Shown here: positions 22,237-34,730 of the stretch, one piece after another | How the letters are laid out: each line of letters opens with the position of its first letter | How positions within the stretch are numbered: position 1 is the stretch's first letter | Source of the DNA: Squalus acanthias | Taxonomy: Eukaryota | Assembly: GCA_030390025.1 (NCBI GenBank) | Contig: CM059432.1 | Coordinates: forward strand, 128,900,001 to 128,964,000 | DNA: 64,000 nucleotides | Reading direction: 5' to 3' | The notes under the pieces: generated by a model | Database searches by the model: none | What the model was told of the DNA's origin: nothing | The model's input: only the letters and a program-made list of their open reading frames with translations | Program-made: the position numbers and the translations under genes

Positions 22237-24136
22237 CCGTTCCCAGATGATCTGGTCATTATCACATTGCTGTTTGTGAGACCTTGCTGTGCGCAAATTG
22301 GCTGCGCGTTTCCTATATTAGAACAGTGACTGCACTTCAAAAATACTTAATTGGCTGTAAAGTGTTTTGGGATGCTTTTGTGGTTATGAATGGTGTTATA
22401 TAAATGCAAGTTCTTTCTTTCTAGAGGTTGCAAAACTATTAATTATATGTTGCTATGTTTACTTGAGTTACAGACATCAAACTAGATTTCCAGCTAAGTG
22501 CCACTTGGCAGATCGACTTGATTAATCTTTCAAGGCAGTTTCACTGCAAGCCTTCAATAGGTGGAGCATGAGAAAACACCTGTCTCCTAAGGCAGCCTAG
22601 AGATGTGAATTTTCCAAAGCTTTTTTGTTCAAATGGCTGTACCTGACAGAAAGCAAAACATTTAAAGTGCCTGAGGCGACTACCTTATTCATCTTCAATA
22701 ATGGCATGAAAAAAATTTCACTTTGAATTGAACCCGTGAGAAACAATTATTACTTGTGACTCAATCACAAGCAGCAGCGATTGCCAACTTTTGGGTAGAG
22801 CACTGTAGAAAAAAATGAATCACGTTCACCTTGCAAAGTTAACCCCAAAAAGTTCAAGAATTTGAAGACCTGCATAAAAAGAAATGACTTTGGTCCTCAC
22901 GTGAAATATCCTAACCAGTGAGAAACATTCTGACAACGCCATTTACAAGTGGTACAAAAAGAACAGGAAGAATTAGAACAGATTTATCACAGCGGACCTG
23001 TAAAACTGTGACACTAAATAGCTGTTCGCTATTGTCATGGTGAGGTGTTTGCGGCATAATGGTGCTGTACACATGTGAAAATGAAGGTGGGTGTCATGCA
23101 TGATTCTTAGCTTATGGGCAAGATAAAGGCACATTTTCTTGATGAATAGTTGGAAGGGTTAGTGGCAGGAGGTCTGAAACAATGATAAATATGCAATTGG
23201 TGGCCACAGGACTAAAAACTGTTGATTCTGAAACATGGGCTGACAAAAATGAAGGCTCTGAAATACCAAGGGAGAGTAAAGTGCTGCTTATCCCATGGAG
23301 CAGCCTGAGGAGAAGGGGCAAAGGAATTGTTACCATGTTAAAAGATTAGTATGAACGTTGTGCGGGGGGAACATTCTCCTATCCAGTAACCTTAGAGCAA
23401 CAAATGACTATACACCTTGCGGCAGAACTGGTGTTTATTGGATCTAAATCTCAGGTAAAAGTACAGGTCAGATCAGTCATTAAAATTGATATGACAGCTG
23501 TAAGTCCAGAGAGATGCATCTAATTTTGTAGTCAGAGCATGTCTGTGCCACCAACAGTGGAATGAACCTTCCATACCTTGAAAACAGCAGACATTTAGGC
23601 CGCGATTTTGCCGGCGCTCAGAGAGCAGGTTCGGAGGAGGATCCGCTGTCAAAATCGAAATGATTGACAGCGGATTGGGAGCCCGCACCGCACCCGCCTC
23701 CATGTAAGTTTCCAAAGTGTCGGGTCTGTGATTTCAGAACAGGCCCGACACCAAGCGGCGGGGGAGGCATTTGAGACAATTAGATGCTTGTTAAGTGCTT
23801 TTAACGACTATTTTGGTAGTCTATTTCTATTTTACCACATTTTTAACGGGGTTCACGTCATTCGGAGATCACATCAATTAAGTATGTTGGGAGTTCCATC
23901 GAGCTGAATAGTTCAAAGCTGCAACTGCAATATAAAAGCTAACCTTTCACATCTGTTCCCTTTCCAATGTCAGAATTTGCTGATTTCAGGATTTGGAAGA
24001 CACATTTGATCTTTATTGAGGCTGTAAGTGTGTGGTGTAAACTCTATATCCACTGTCACCTCCTTGGAATAACCTCTCTCCCCATTGACTGATTGCTTCT
24101 AACATCTCATCCTCACCTGCCATACATAACAGCAGA

Positions 24137-26058
24137 ATGGGAACGATTTATACTCTCACCCTGGTCCTCAGAATCTGACCACCATCAGCCATAGCAGCAG
24201 CAGAACCAGGCGCACCAGCAGCACCAACAACCAGAGCGACAACCTTCTCCTCAGCCACCTGATGCTGCACAGGGCAGAGGGCGTCAGTGCAGGGCTGCAC
24301 CACGCCGCAGGAGATACCCCCAACACAGTGTTTACAGGCAGAGGATGGGCTTCCTCAACATGACTGAGCAGCAGTGCCAAAGGAGGCCGAGACTTTCGTG
24401 ACAGGTAGTCGCAGACATTTGCACAATGCTCGATCAAGACCTGCAGCCCAGAGGAGCAGGTGGTCACCCCTTACCAGTGGCTGCATACAGTTTTGGTGTC
24501 CTTACTTAAGGAAAGACATCCTTGCTCTCGAGGCAGTGCAAAAAAGGTTCACTCGGTTAATCCCGGGGATGAGGGGGTGGTCATATGAGGAGAGGTTGGG
24601 TAGATTGGGACTCTACTCATTGGAGTTCAGAAGAATGAGAGGCGATCTTATTGAAACATATAAGATTGTGAAGGGGTTGGATCGGGTGGATGCGGGGAGG
24701 ATGTTCCCGATGACGGGTGAGACTAGAACTAGGGGACATAGTCTTAGAATAAGGGGCTGCTCTTTCAAAACTGAGATGAGGAGGAACTACTTCACTCAGA
24801 GGGTGGTAGGTCCATGGAATATGCTGCCACAAAAAGCTGTAGAAGCTACAACATTAATTAAATTTAAAACAGAAATAGACAGTTTCCTAGAAGTAAAGGG
24901 CATTAAGGGTTACGGGGAGCGGGCAGGAATTTGGACATGAGTCTAGGTTCGGATCGGTCATGGCCCTGTGGGTAGTGGAGCGGGCCCAGGGACCGTGTAG
25001 CCTGATTCTGCTCCTATTTCGTGTGTGCAATTCTGTTAGATGCAGGAGATGGTTCTGTGATAGATAGTAGATTGGCGGTTAGGATCAGATCAGCCATGAT
25101 CTTATTGAATGGCGGAGCAGGCTCGAGGGGCCGATTGGCCTACTCCTGCTCCTATTTCTTATGTTCTTATGTTCTTATGGCTGTGAAAGTCACCACTGCC
25201 CTCAACTTCTTCGCCTCAGGCTCCTTCCAGGGATCTGCTGCAGACATTAGCGGCATCTCCCAGTCGGCCACCCACAGATGCATCACACAGGTCCCCAATG
25301 CCCTCTTTGACAAGTCCGCCAATTACATCCACTTTTCCACTGATGAAGCCAGTGTTACCGAGTGTACACTTGACTTTGTCAATCTGGCTGGCTTCCCACG
25401 GGTGCAGGGCGTCATCGACTGCACACATGTGGCCATCAGGGCATCCCATCAGAACCCAGCAGCATTTGTAAACCGCAAGGGCTTCCACTCCCTTAAGCTG
25501 GTGTGCAACCATAGGAAGTGCATCATGCATGTGTGCGCCAAGTTCCCTGGCAGCTGTCATGACTCTTACATCCTGCGCCAGTCCACTGTCCCTCAGCTCT
25601 TCGCTCCGCCAAACGAACTTTCCGGCTGACTCCTTGGAGACAAGGGCTATTCCCTGAAGACGTGGCTAATGACACCTTTGAGGAGGCCATCAAACGAGTC
25701 TGAGGAGCACTACAATCAAAGCCACATTTCCACCAGAAGTCTCATAGAGCAAACAATAGGGTTGCTCAAAATGCACTTCAGATGCCTGGACAGATCTGGT
25801 GGAGCCCTTCAGTACACACCAGCCAGGGTCTCGAGAATCGTTGTTGTCTGCTGTGCCCTGCACAACATAGCACTGCAGCGAGGATTAGCGTTGCATGAGG
25901 AAGAAGGCGCAGAGCACACAGCCTCTTAGGAGGAGGAGCAGAATGAGGTTCAGCATGAGGAAGACATGGAGGAGGCTGCTGACCCAATGCACCCAGTACG
26001 CGAGCACATTGCTGCCCATAACGCCAGGGATGGCCTAATCAGTGCCAGATTCATCTAA
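24137..26058 (+). pseudogene. Harbinger (HARBI1-like) DDE transposase, disrupted by a CR1 insertion, stops and frameshifts
   Basis: [77 protein letters not shown]. Confidence 0.9.
24484..25177 (+). mobile_element. CR1 3' fragment (same subfamily as 7425-12089)
   Basis: Near-identical to ~11404-12089; TSD TGGCTG; (TTCTTATG)n tail. Confidence 0.9.
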
Positions 26059-26346
26059 ATTTATGCAGCACAGACAGCTGCCACATGCGCATGAAGGTTG
26101 GCATGACCCCACTTCAACACCATAGAGCATCTCTACAATGAGCTGTGCATTCCTTGCACTGTCACCACCATTGCTGGACATAAAAGGCACCCTCACCCTT
26201 CACTCTGCCACTTCCAATTGTGAGCACACATATGGCATCGAATGCAAATAATCAGAAAAAAGTGATTTATTACAACAAAGTAAAAGAACTGAAACTTAAC
26301 ATTCATTTATAGCAAATCACCCAAGTGACTACCCTTGTGACTATTT

Positions 26347-28501
26347 ATGTGGGATCTTTCTTTTATGCGTGCTTCTACGTGGTGCTACCCCTGTGGCTTC
26401 AGCAGAGGTGGAGGCAGCCTGCTCACTTCCCTGCTGCGCCTCCTTAGACGCCTTTGGTGGTCATCCTCTGGGTTTTGGAGCCTGCCAAAGTCTGCACCTC
26501 CTGCAGCTGTGCATGGGCAGACTCGGCCATCACTGTCCGGGGAGGCATCTGGGGCTCTGACCGAGGGGTTGGCAAGGGGGTGGAAGTTTGAGCGCTTGGA
26601 GAAGAGCCCCCAATTCCATGTCCCCACCCACCATCATCCCTGTCATGGGTCATCTGCACTTCTCTATTAGCAAGTAGCTGGAGAGCACCTTGCTGCACAT
26701 CAGTGGGGCCATGAGGACCCATGTCTGTACTGACATTCCTCATAACAAGGACATCCATGAACCTTTGGTTTCTCTCCTCAATAGATGCCCATCTATCCTC
26801 CATAGATGGTCATCGCAAGAATCCTCCTCAATCTTCTTCTCCCAGAGGCTGAAGAGCTCCTCCCAGAGTTGCAATGTGGATTCCGCCCACTAAGGTGCAC
26901 AATGGACATGATCTTCACCATGCGTCAATTACAAGAGAAATGCAGGGAACAGCACCAACCGCTGTACATGGCCGCCTTTGACCTCACAAAGGCCTTCGAC
27001 ACGGTCAACTGTGAGGGATCATGGAGTGTCCTCCTGAAATTCAGCTGCCCTCAAAAATTTGTCACCATCCTCCACCTGCTTCATGACAACATGCAAGTCG
27101 TGATCCTGACCAATGGTTCCACGTCGCCTCCAGTCTAGATCCAAGGCCATCCCATCCTCTGTCGTCGAATTACAGTATGCAGACGATGCTTGCTTCTGCG
27201 CACACTCGGAGGTCGAACTCCAAACCATCGTCAACACCTTCACCGAAGCCAACGAGAGCATGGGCCTTACACTAAACATCCGTAAGGCAAAGGTCCTCTA
27301 ACAACCTGCCCCTGCCACACAGTACTGCCCCCCGATTATCAAAATCCATGACGAGGCCTTGGACAACGTGGACCACTTTCCATACCTCGGGAGCCTACTG
27401 TCAACAAGGACGTCGATGACGAAGTCCAACACCGCCTTCAATGTGCCAGTGCAGCCTTCGGTCGCCTGAGAAAAAGAGTGTTTGAAGACCAGGACCTTAA
27501 ACCCGGCACCAAGCTCATGGTCTACAGAGCAGTAGTGATACCCACCCTCCTGTATGCCTCAGAGACATGGACCATGTACAGCAGGCACCTCAAAGTACTG
27601 GAGAGGTACCACCAACGCTGCATCCGCAAGATCCTGCAAATCCATTGGCAGGATAGGCGCACCAACGTCAGTGTTCTCGCTCAGGCTAACATCCCCAGCA
27701 TCGAAGCTTTGACCACGCTCGATCAGCTCCAATGGACGGGCCACATCGACCGCATGCCCAATACGAGACTCCCAAAACAAGCGCTCTACTCAGAGCTCCG
27801 ACACAGCAAGAGAGCCCCAGGTGGGTAGAGGAAACGCTTCAAGGACACCCTCAAAGCCTCCTTGAAAAAGTGCAACATCCCCACCGACACCTGGGAATCC
27901 CTGGCCCAAGACCGCACAAAGTGGAGGAGAAGCATCTGGGAAGGCGCCGAACACCTCGAGTCTCTTCGCCGGGAGCAAGCGGAAGCCAAGCGCAAACAGC
28001 GCAAGGAACGCACGTCAACCCAAGCACCCCACCCACCCGCCCCTTCAACCACCGTCTGCCCCACCTGTGACAGAGTCTGCAGGTCCCGCATTGGACTCAT
28101 CAGTCACCTGAGAACTCATTTTTAATGTGGAAGCAAGTCATCCTCGGTTCCAAGGGACTGCCTAAGAAGAAGATAGATGACCATCTTTTTAGAAGTATTA
28201 CCATGTTCTTCTGAGTCTGGCGACTTATGTCCTCCATGGAGGTGACCATCCTTTCCATGGCGGAACCTACAGTTGTCAGTGCGTGCGCCATGGTGGTGCT
28301 CATATTTGAGATGGACTCCTCCATTCTCTGCACACTCGCAGTCACCGTGGTTGCAAACCCTGTCAGAGCCTCCTGCACTTGTTCCTGAAGCTCCAGAATC
28401 GCCCTCTTCCTGGATGGCCCCCGAGGCTCAGCGTCTGCATACAGCTTAGCAGAGGTAGGAGACTCCTGCGGCCTCCGACGAGGAGTCCGGGTAACGCGCA
28501 T
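26347..28501 (-). pseudogene. Harbinger partner (Myb-like gene) C-terminal coiled-coil part, split by RTE
   Basis: Minus ORFs 28100-28501 and 26444-26803 join into a sequence homologous to ORF 41141-42064 (GPSRKRA, MEESISN, MDVLVMR, DMGPHGP). Confidence 0.75.
26809..28172 (+). mobile_element. RTE-clade LINE fragment (internally deleted)
   Basis: LPELQCGFRP, FDLTKAFDTV, LQYADD; (GAA)n tail; TSD ATAGATG. Confidence 0.9.
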
Positions 28502-28904
28502 GGCGGGCTTAACAAGCCCAATTATCGTAAAATTGTTTTCACAGAATGGCTGGAGCTGGGAGCGGGACCAGGACCCACCAAATACCTCTCCTGCTGCGAT
28601 CCCGCCTCCGCTGGCAAAATCCAGCCCTTATTCTCTGCACTGTGACTTCTTCCACCACAAAATCTGGTCACTTGAGACCCAATTTTTTGTGACTAGAAAT
28701 ACATTCACTATCAAAATGCCTCACGAACTTATGGCAACATAGCAGAAATATTCCAATGAATGTAACAGCTATGGAATGAAGCATATCTTGTAAGATTGCA
28801 CATTGTGCTCTGCATTAAAATGTGACACATAAACAGAAGAATCAAGCCACTTTAGTACAAAATATATCTCAATTCTGCTGTGACTAACAATTTTGTCCAA
28901 ACCT

Positions 28905-29117
28905 TCTCCTGCAGGTCACACACTATCCTGACTTGGGCATTCACTACCGTTCCTTTATCATAGCCAGGATCCTGGAATCCCCTGCCCAACACCATGTAGG
29001 AGCACCATCATCACAAGGACTACAGCAGTTCAAGGGGAAAGCCCAGCATCGTCTTCTAAGGGTGGGTAATAAATGCGGCCTGCCAGCATCACCCACATCC
29101 CAAGGATAAATAACAAA
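28905..29117 (+). mobile_element. Short diverged 3' fragment of the LINE family at 18566-22244
   Basis: GGTCACACACTATCCTGACTTGG...AATAAATGCGGCCTGCCAGC...CCCACATCCC resembles the reverse complement of ~18580-18800. Confidence 0.65.
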
Positions 29118-29719
29118 ACTTAAATCTGTTGACTCCCTTCCGAGCATGTGCTGCTCTGTATATCAACCATGAAGCATACAAAGATTTTGATTCCCAAATT
29201 GCAAACTATAATTCACTAATGGTTAATTACCTATTTTAGACATAAATGAGATTCTATGCTCTCTGTTAGCTCATTTGGCAAATACATTACCCATTCTGTA
29301 ACAGAGACAATCACAGTCCAGAAGGGTCTTAGATTCAATCTCCAGCTTGTGCTGAATTTGCTGATTTTAACTGAGGTGGCGGTAATAATAATGTTCCAAC
29401 TGACATCAATGCCCCTTAGTTAGAGCGAGGCACCCATCAGCCAGGGATCCCCCTCTTGATTGCTGTTAAGTGACCCATTCTAGAATGTGCACGTGTGTCG
29501 CTGTTGAGGAATGGCAGGATTGATGTTGGCTGTGATGCCCCTCATATTTGAATAGCCGGCTGATACTCTACCTTCTAGGCTCAGACAGGAAAGACAGCTA
29601 GTTGGATAAAGTACCACAGGGTTGGCAGCACCTGTGGAACCATACTCCAGCACAAGCTAGTGCTCTTATAAATAACTAATAATATTTGGTTGATACAGTG
29701 CTTTATTACATTGATATGT

Positions 29720-30010
29720 GTCAAAGCACTTTACACAATGAATTACTTTGTGAAGCACAGTGACTGTTGTTATGTAGACAAATTTGGCAGCCATTTTGTG
29801 CACAGCTGCATTGCACAAACAGACAGTGAAATGAACAGCTGCTTAATCTGTTTTTTTTATGCTGTTGGATAAGGGGGCAATGTTGGTCAGGACACCAGGA
29901 CAACTTCCTGCTTTTCCTTGAATAGCTCCATTGGATCTTTAATGCCAACCTTAACCACCAGAACAGGCAGAGGGGGGGGACTCAATTTGAAGTTTCATCT
30001 GAAGGACGGA
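29720..30010 (-). mobile_element. Degraded DeuSINE fragment
   Basis: Similar to the other copies (GGCAGCCATTTTGTGCACAGC, GGTCAGGACACCAGG). Confidence 0.6.
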
Positions 30011-30168
30011 AAGAACTGGAGTATCAAAAAGAAACGCTTTTCCTGCCGCAGTCCGCATGAAAGCACGCGTGAGATAAGTTTCCATATTTTAATCAAAGTA
30101 ATTTATGTACAGATAACTTCTAACACCTAATGGCCACAAACACATAAGACATGTTGTGTGAAACAGGG

Positions 30169-30626
30169 AAGAAAGAAAGAACTTGCATTTTTATGGAACC
30201 TTTCACGACCTCAGGACGTCCCAAATCACGTTACAGCCAATGAAGTACTTTTTGAAGTGTAGTCACTGTTGTAATGTAGGAAACGCAGCAGCCAATTTGC
30301 ACACAGCAAGCTCCCACAAACAGCAATGAGATGATGACCAGATAAACTGTTTTAGTGATGTTGCTTGAGTGATAAATATTGGCCAGGACAACTCCCGTGT
30401 GCTTTGAATAGTGGCATGGGATCTTTTGCTTCCACATGATAAGGCAGACGGAGCCTCGGTTTAACATCTCATCCGAAAGACGCCATCTTTGACAGTGCAG
30501 CACTCCCTCAGCACTGCACTGGAGTGTCAGCCTAGATGATGTGCTCAGGTCCCTGGAGTCTGTCTTGAACCCACAACCTTTGGATTCCGAGGCACGAGGG
30601 CTACCAACTGAGCCACAGCTGACACC
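30169..30626 (-). mobile_element. DeuSINE, full length
   Basis: (GAAA)n tail to ...GAGCCACAGCTGACACC head; reverse complement of the 18271 copy. Confidence 0.85.
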
Positions 30627-31890
30627 ACCATGTGCAATGAAAGGCTTTACTGCAGCTGCACAGACCTTGATGCAGCTGCACCAGGAGACTGGGGGAACTG
30701 CACAGCGACAAGTAAAAGTCTTGGCTACATGTGGGTAGCCAGAGTTTTATTTTGAAACTACCTGTTGATTTGTATTCGGAGTGTTACAGCCAGTCTTTGT
30801 TACTAACAGGTCAGATGCACGAATCAATCGCATTTTATTTATACACAGTAGCGTGCTTCTAATGAACTGTACCAGACATCACATGAGGGTGGAGATTCTC
30901 TTTAAGGAACATGTGGAATGTAGAAAAGGGAGAGGTGCAAAGGGGAGAGGATGTTGCTACATAATATATATATTACTCGGCAATTTGCGGTGAAACAAAT
31001 CCAATTGCAATGCAAGTCAAATCATGTTGTGGCATATCAAGTTTTTGTACTGTGGGAGCCTGAAGTCAATTTCAATTAGGCTTAACTCCTCTATAGGTTT
31101 ATCTTATCTATGGGCGTAAAATGTTAACCTTCTTAAAGAAAACTATCCAAATTATAAAGAATGACGCGGAGAGGCGTGGGTTTTCTGGTGGTGACACATC
31201 TTGCAGTTCCAGTAACATTGATAATCTGTTCATGTTTCTCGTTCATGTTTGATGACACAGATAAATCCGCTCTACCGTCTTGTTACATATTCCAACCAAT
31301 TTGTCATCCTACATTTACCTGCTGTGTTTCGAAACGCCTCTGCTGAAATTCACCTGGGCGAATTTGATTGCTACAGGATTATGATTAGCCAAACTTTGCA
31401 GAGTGCAGCTATCCGTGTTTGGAGTAGAATTAGGTTCTAGTTCATCCAAATTATAACAATGCTCAAATTGAAGTATTATAAAGTGGCACTGTTGTTTACA
31501 ATTCTAATACTCACCTTGGGCAAAATATACATGAAATTTTGATGGATCACCTATGGCATTGCTCCTAGTAAGTCAAAAGATTTGGGGCTAAAAATTGGAT
31601 AGCCCCCAAAAATGGGCACGGAGATCTCGATGCGCGATTAACCCACGCCTGTTCAAACTTTGTGCTGCCTGCTAACTATAATGATAGTGGCGTGCAGCCC
31701 AGCGCTAAACGGGCTTCTGAGTGGCTGCACACTGAGCAGGGTGTCCAAGTTCATGCGAGGCTAGCACCAATTAAAGCTAGCCTGCAGTTCTTAAAGCCAG
31801 CCTGCACCTCTTAAGGGGGAGGTTCATTCTGGCTGCAGCAGGTGCTGGAAGTCATTATAGCGGAGTGTGTGATCTACAGGAAGAGTGAAG

Positions 31891-34730
31891 ATGGCGCAAC
31901 ATAGCAAAGACAGGGCAAAAAGATTTTTGGATGCAGCACTCGAGGCACTAGTGCAGGAGGTGGACAGGAGGAGAGATGTTCTGTATCCACAGAGGGCCAG
32001 GAGGCCCTCCAGACAGAAACTGAGAAGGGAATGGGAGCAGATAGCCATCATTGTCAATGCAAGCAGTGTAGCCCCGAGGACCTGGATGCAGTGCAGGAAG
32101 AAGTTTAATGACCTCACACGAGTAGTCAAAGTCAGTGAATTCATCTTCAAATGCCATATCCCACAAACTGCAACACTAGCCTTACACACTGCTCAATGGA
32201 CTACACCCACATTACGACTCATACCTCACATTCATATGCTCCATCTCACCCTCACACATTTACCACTGCTGCAAGCCTCACACCCACATCTCACAGCTTG
32301 CACACACTGCCAGCTATTCAACCATGACAGCCACATCAGCCAAACACAGTGAACCACACTCAGTGACACACTTCCCTCTCTCTTGCAGGACACCATCGTA
32401 GGCAGTGGCAGCTAACCGGAGGGGGACAGGCTCGTCTCCATATCCTGACCCCACTCAAGGAGGCGGCACTGAAACCAATGAAGATGACGGTATGCATATA
32501 CCTAATCCTCCTTCTCACATCCCACTTTCCCTCATCCCACAATCTCTTCTGACTTACAAGCTGCAGATGGTGTAAGCATGCACCACTTGCTTCCCCCACC
32601 CCTCTCACCACAAACCTACCCTTGTGCCTTTCTCATTTCAGAGACCCAAGAAATCCAACCTGGCCAGGCTGTGTTGCAAGAGGAAGAGGAGAGTGATGAT
32701 GAAGAAGAAACACCATCACTCGATCTGACAGTCGCAGCCACCAGCTCAGATGTTGGCACTGCACGGAATTTAGAGGTTACCTTAGCGGTGGGATCTGCAT
32801 GTTGTGAATCACCGGGCATGAGTGGGCTGCAGCCAGGTTAGGGGGAATGGGTAGCGTATGTGCCAGCTCTCCGGAGGGTGGCATTGCACATGAGATCTGC
32901 TGCAGAGGACTCGGATGAGGACATTGATGAGGCGGCCTACAGAACAACGCTGATGGGTAAGCACAATGAATTGCTAGGTGCATTGGCAGGCCTGCCAGAA
33001 AGCCTGAGTGCAATGTCAAGGAGCATGGAGGAGTCCAGCTCCAACCTTGCACAGGGCTTTGCTCAGAGCTTGGAGCCCATCCTTTCCAGCGTGGAAGGGC
33101 TGGGCAGATCCATTAACGCACTTGTGGACCCAACCATCATACAGCGTCTGATGACCGAAGTCTGAGCTTCCATTGCAGCACAAGTAGAAGCCACCCAACG
33201 TCTGAGTGCTGCAATGGAAGCTCAGACTGAAGTCATGCAAGCTCAGACTGCTGTTATCTTGGCTGGGTTTACCAGTGTGGAAAGGAGCTTGCAGGGTGTC
33301 ACAGCAGTTCAGCAATCTGTCCTCCAGCAGATTACTAGGACTGCTGAGGCACCGCCACAGAGGAGTGGCAGTGGTTCCGTGGAGAACGAACCTGCAGTCC
33401 TCTCTCAGGATGACAGCATTCGTCCTCCCACCACTACCACACCGCCAGTGCCCTTGCACTGTGTGTCATCGCACCAACGCTATTCTCGATCTTCCTGGCT
33501 GCAATGCTCCATCTCACCCTCAGTAAGCTCCCCGCTGGAGTGGAGCTAATCTACAGAACAAATGGGAAACTGTTCAACCTCCGTCGCCTCCAGTCCAGAT
33601 TCAAGGTCGTCCCATCCTCTGTCATTGAATTACAGTATGCAGATGATGCTTGCGTCTGTGCACACTCTGAGGCCGAACTCCAAACCATCGTCAACACCTT
33701 CACAGAAGCGTATGAGAGCATGGGCCTTACACTAAACATCGTAAGACAAAGGTCCTCTACCAACCTGCCCCCGCCACACAGTACTGCCCCCTGATTATCA
33801 AAATCCATGACGAGGCCTTAGACAACGTGGACCATTTTCCATACCTCAGGAGCCTACTGTCAACAAGGGCAGACGTCGATGACAAAGTCCAACACTACCT
33901 TCAGTGTGCCAGTGCAGCCTTTGGTCGCCTGAGGAAGAGAGTGTTTGAAGACCAGGACCTTAAACCCAGTACCAAGCTCATGGTCTACAGAGCAGTAGTG
34001 ATACCCGCCCTCCTATATGCTTCAGAGACATGGACCATGTACAGCAGGCACCTCAAAGCACTGGAGAGGTACCACCAATGCTGCCTCCGCAAGATCCTGC
34101 AAATCCATTGGCAGGATAGGCACACCAGTGTCAGTGTTCTCGCTCAGGCCAACATCCCCAGCATCGAAGCTTTGACCACGCTCAATCAGCTCCGATGGAC
34201 GGGCCACATCGTCCGCATGCCCGATACGAGACTCCCAAAACAAGCGCTCTACTCGAACTCCGACACGGCAAGAGAGCCCCAGGTGGGCAGAGAAAACGCT
34301 TCAAGGACACCCTCAAATCCTCCTTGAAAAAGTGCAACATCCCCACCGACACCTGGGAATCCATGGCCCAAGACCGCACAAAGTGAAGGAGAAGCATCCA
34401 GGAAGGCGCCGAACACCTCGAGTCTCTTCGCCAGGAACAAGCGGAAGCCAAGCGCAAACAGCAGAAGGAGCGCACGTCAACCCAAGCACCCCACCCACCC
34501 GCCCCATCAACCACCGTCTGCCCCACCTGTGACAGAGACTGCAGGTCCCGCATTGGACTCATCAGTCACCTGCGAACTCATTTTTAATGTGGAAGCAAGT
34601 CATCCTTGGTTCCGAGGGACTGCCTAAGAAGAAGAAGAGTGCCCTTGCTGTTGCCTGTCAGCCAGGCAACCCAGACTGCTGCAGCCTATGCCGAGGTGGT
34701 GCAGTCTGAAGCCGGGCCTACTAGACTGAA
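31891..34730 (+). pseudogene. Intron-containing Myb/SANT-like DNA-binding gene of Harbinger
   Basis: RFLDAALEALV...WEQIA...RTWMQCRKKFNDL (trihelix Myb); donor-like GTCAGT at 32131, acceptor TCTTGCAG ~32388, donor GTATGC ~32491, acceptor TTTCAG ~32641; acidic and coiled-coil exon with stops; split by RTE. Confidence 0.75.
33458..34637 (+). mobile_element. RTE-clade LINE 3' fragment
   Basis: IELQYADD, ASAAFGRLRKR; (GAA)n tail; TSD AGTGCCCTTGC. Confidence 0.9.

Larger units (their letters stand above)
18566..22244 (-). mobile_element. Single-ORF CR1-group (L2/Crack/Daphne-like) LINE with tRNA-derived 5' head
   Basis: Minus ORFs: APE (LLTNIWGL, ILTESYL, SSDH), RT (NYRPSSLLS, LDIKAAFDRV, GVPQGSVLGP, FADD); A-rich tail at 18566; 5' end GGGAACGG-TAGCGTAGTGG (A box) ... 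GAGTTCAAATCC (B box); AGAT duplicated at both flanks. Confidence 0.85.
18271..22422 (+). mobile_element. DeuSINE (SacSINE1-like) split by the LINE at 18566-22244 (pieces 18271-18565 and 22245-22422)
   Basis: tRNA-like head (TGGTTCAGTGG...GGTTCAAGTCC), Deu-like core AAAGATCCCATGG...GAAGAGCAGG...CCTGG, tail TATATAAATGCAAGTTCTTTCTTT; collinear with the other SINE copies once the insert is removed. Confidence 0.8.
23598..28627 (+). mobile_element. PIF/Harbinger DNA transposon (transposase on +, partner gene remnant on -)
   Basis: TIR GGCCGCGATTTTGCCGGCG / CGCTGGCAAAATCCAGCCC; TSD TTA/TTA. Confidence 0.9.

Noticed and set aside
25021..25929. Host HARBI1 gene
   Set aside because: It lies within TIRs and a TTA TSD, has stops and frameshifts and a CR1 insertion; the ORF's apparent N-terminus is CR1 3'UTR.
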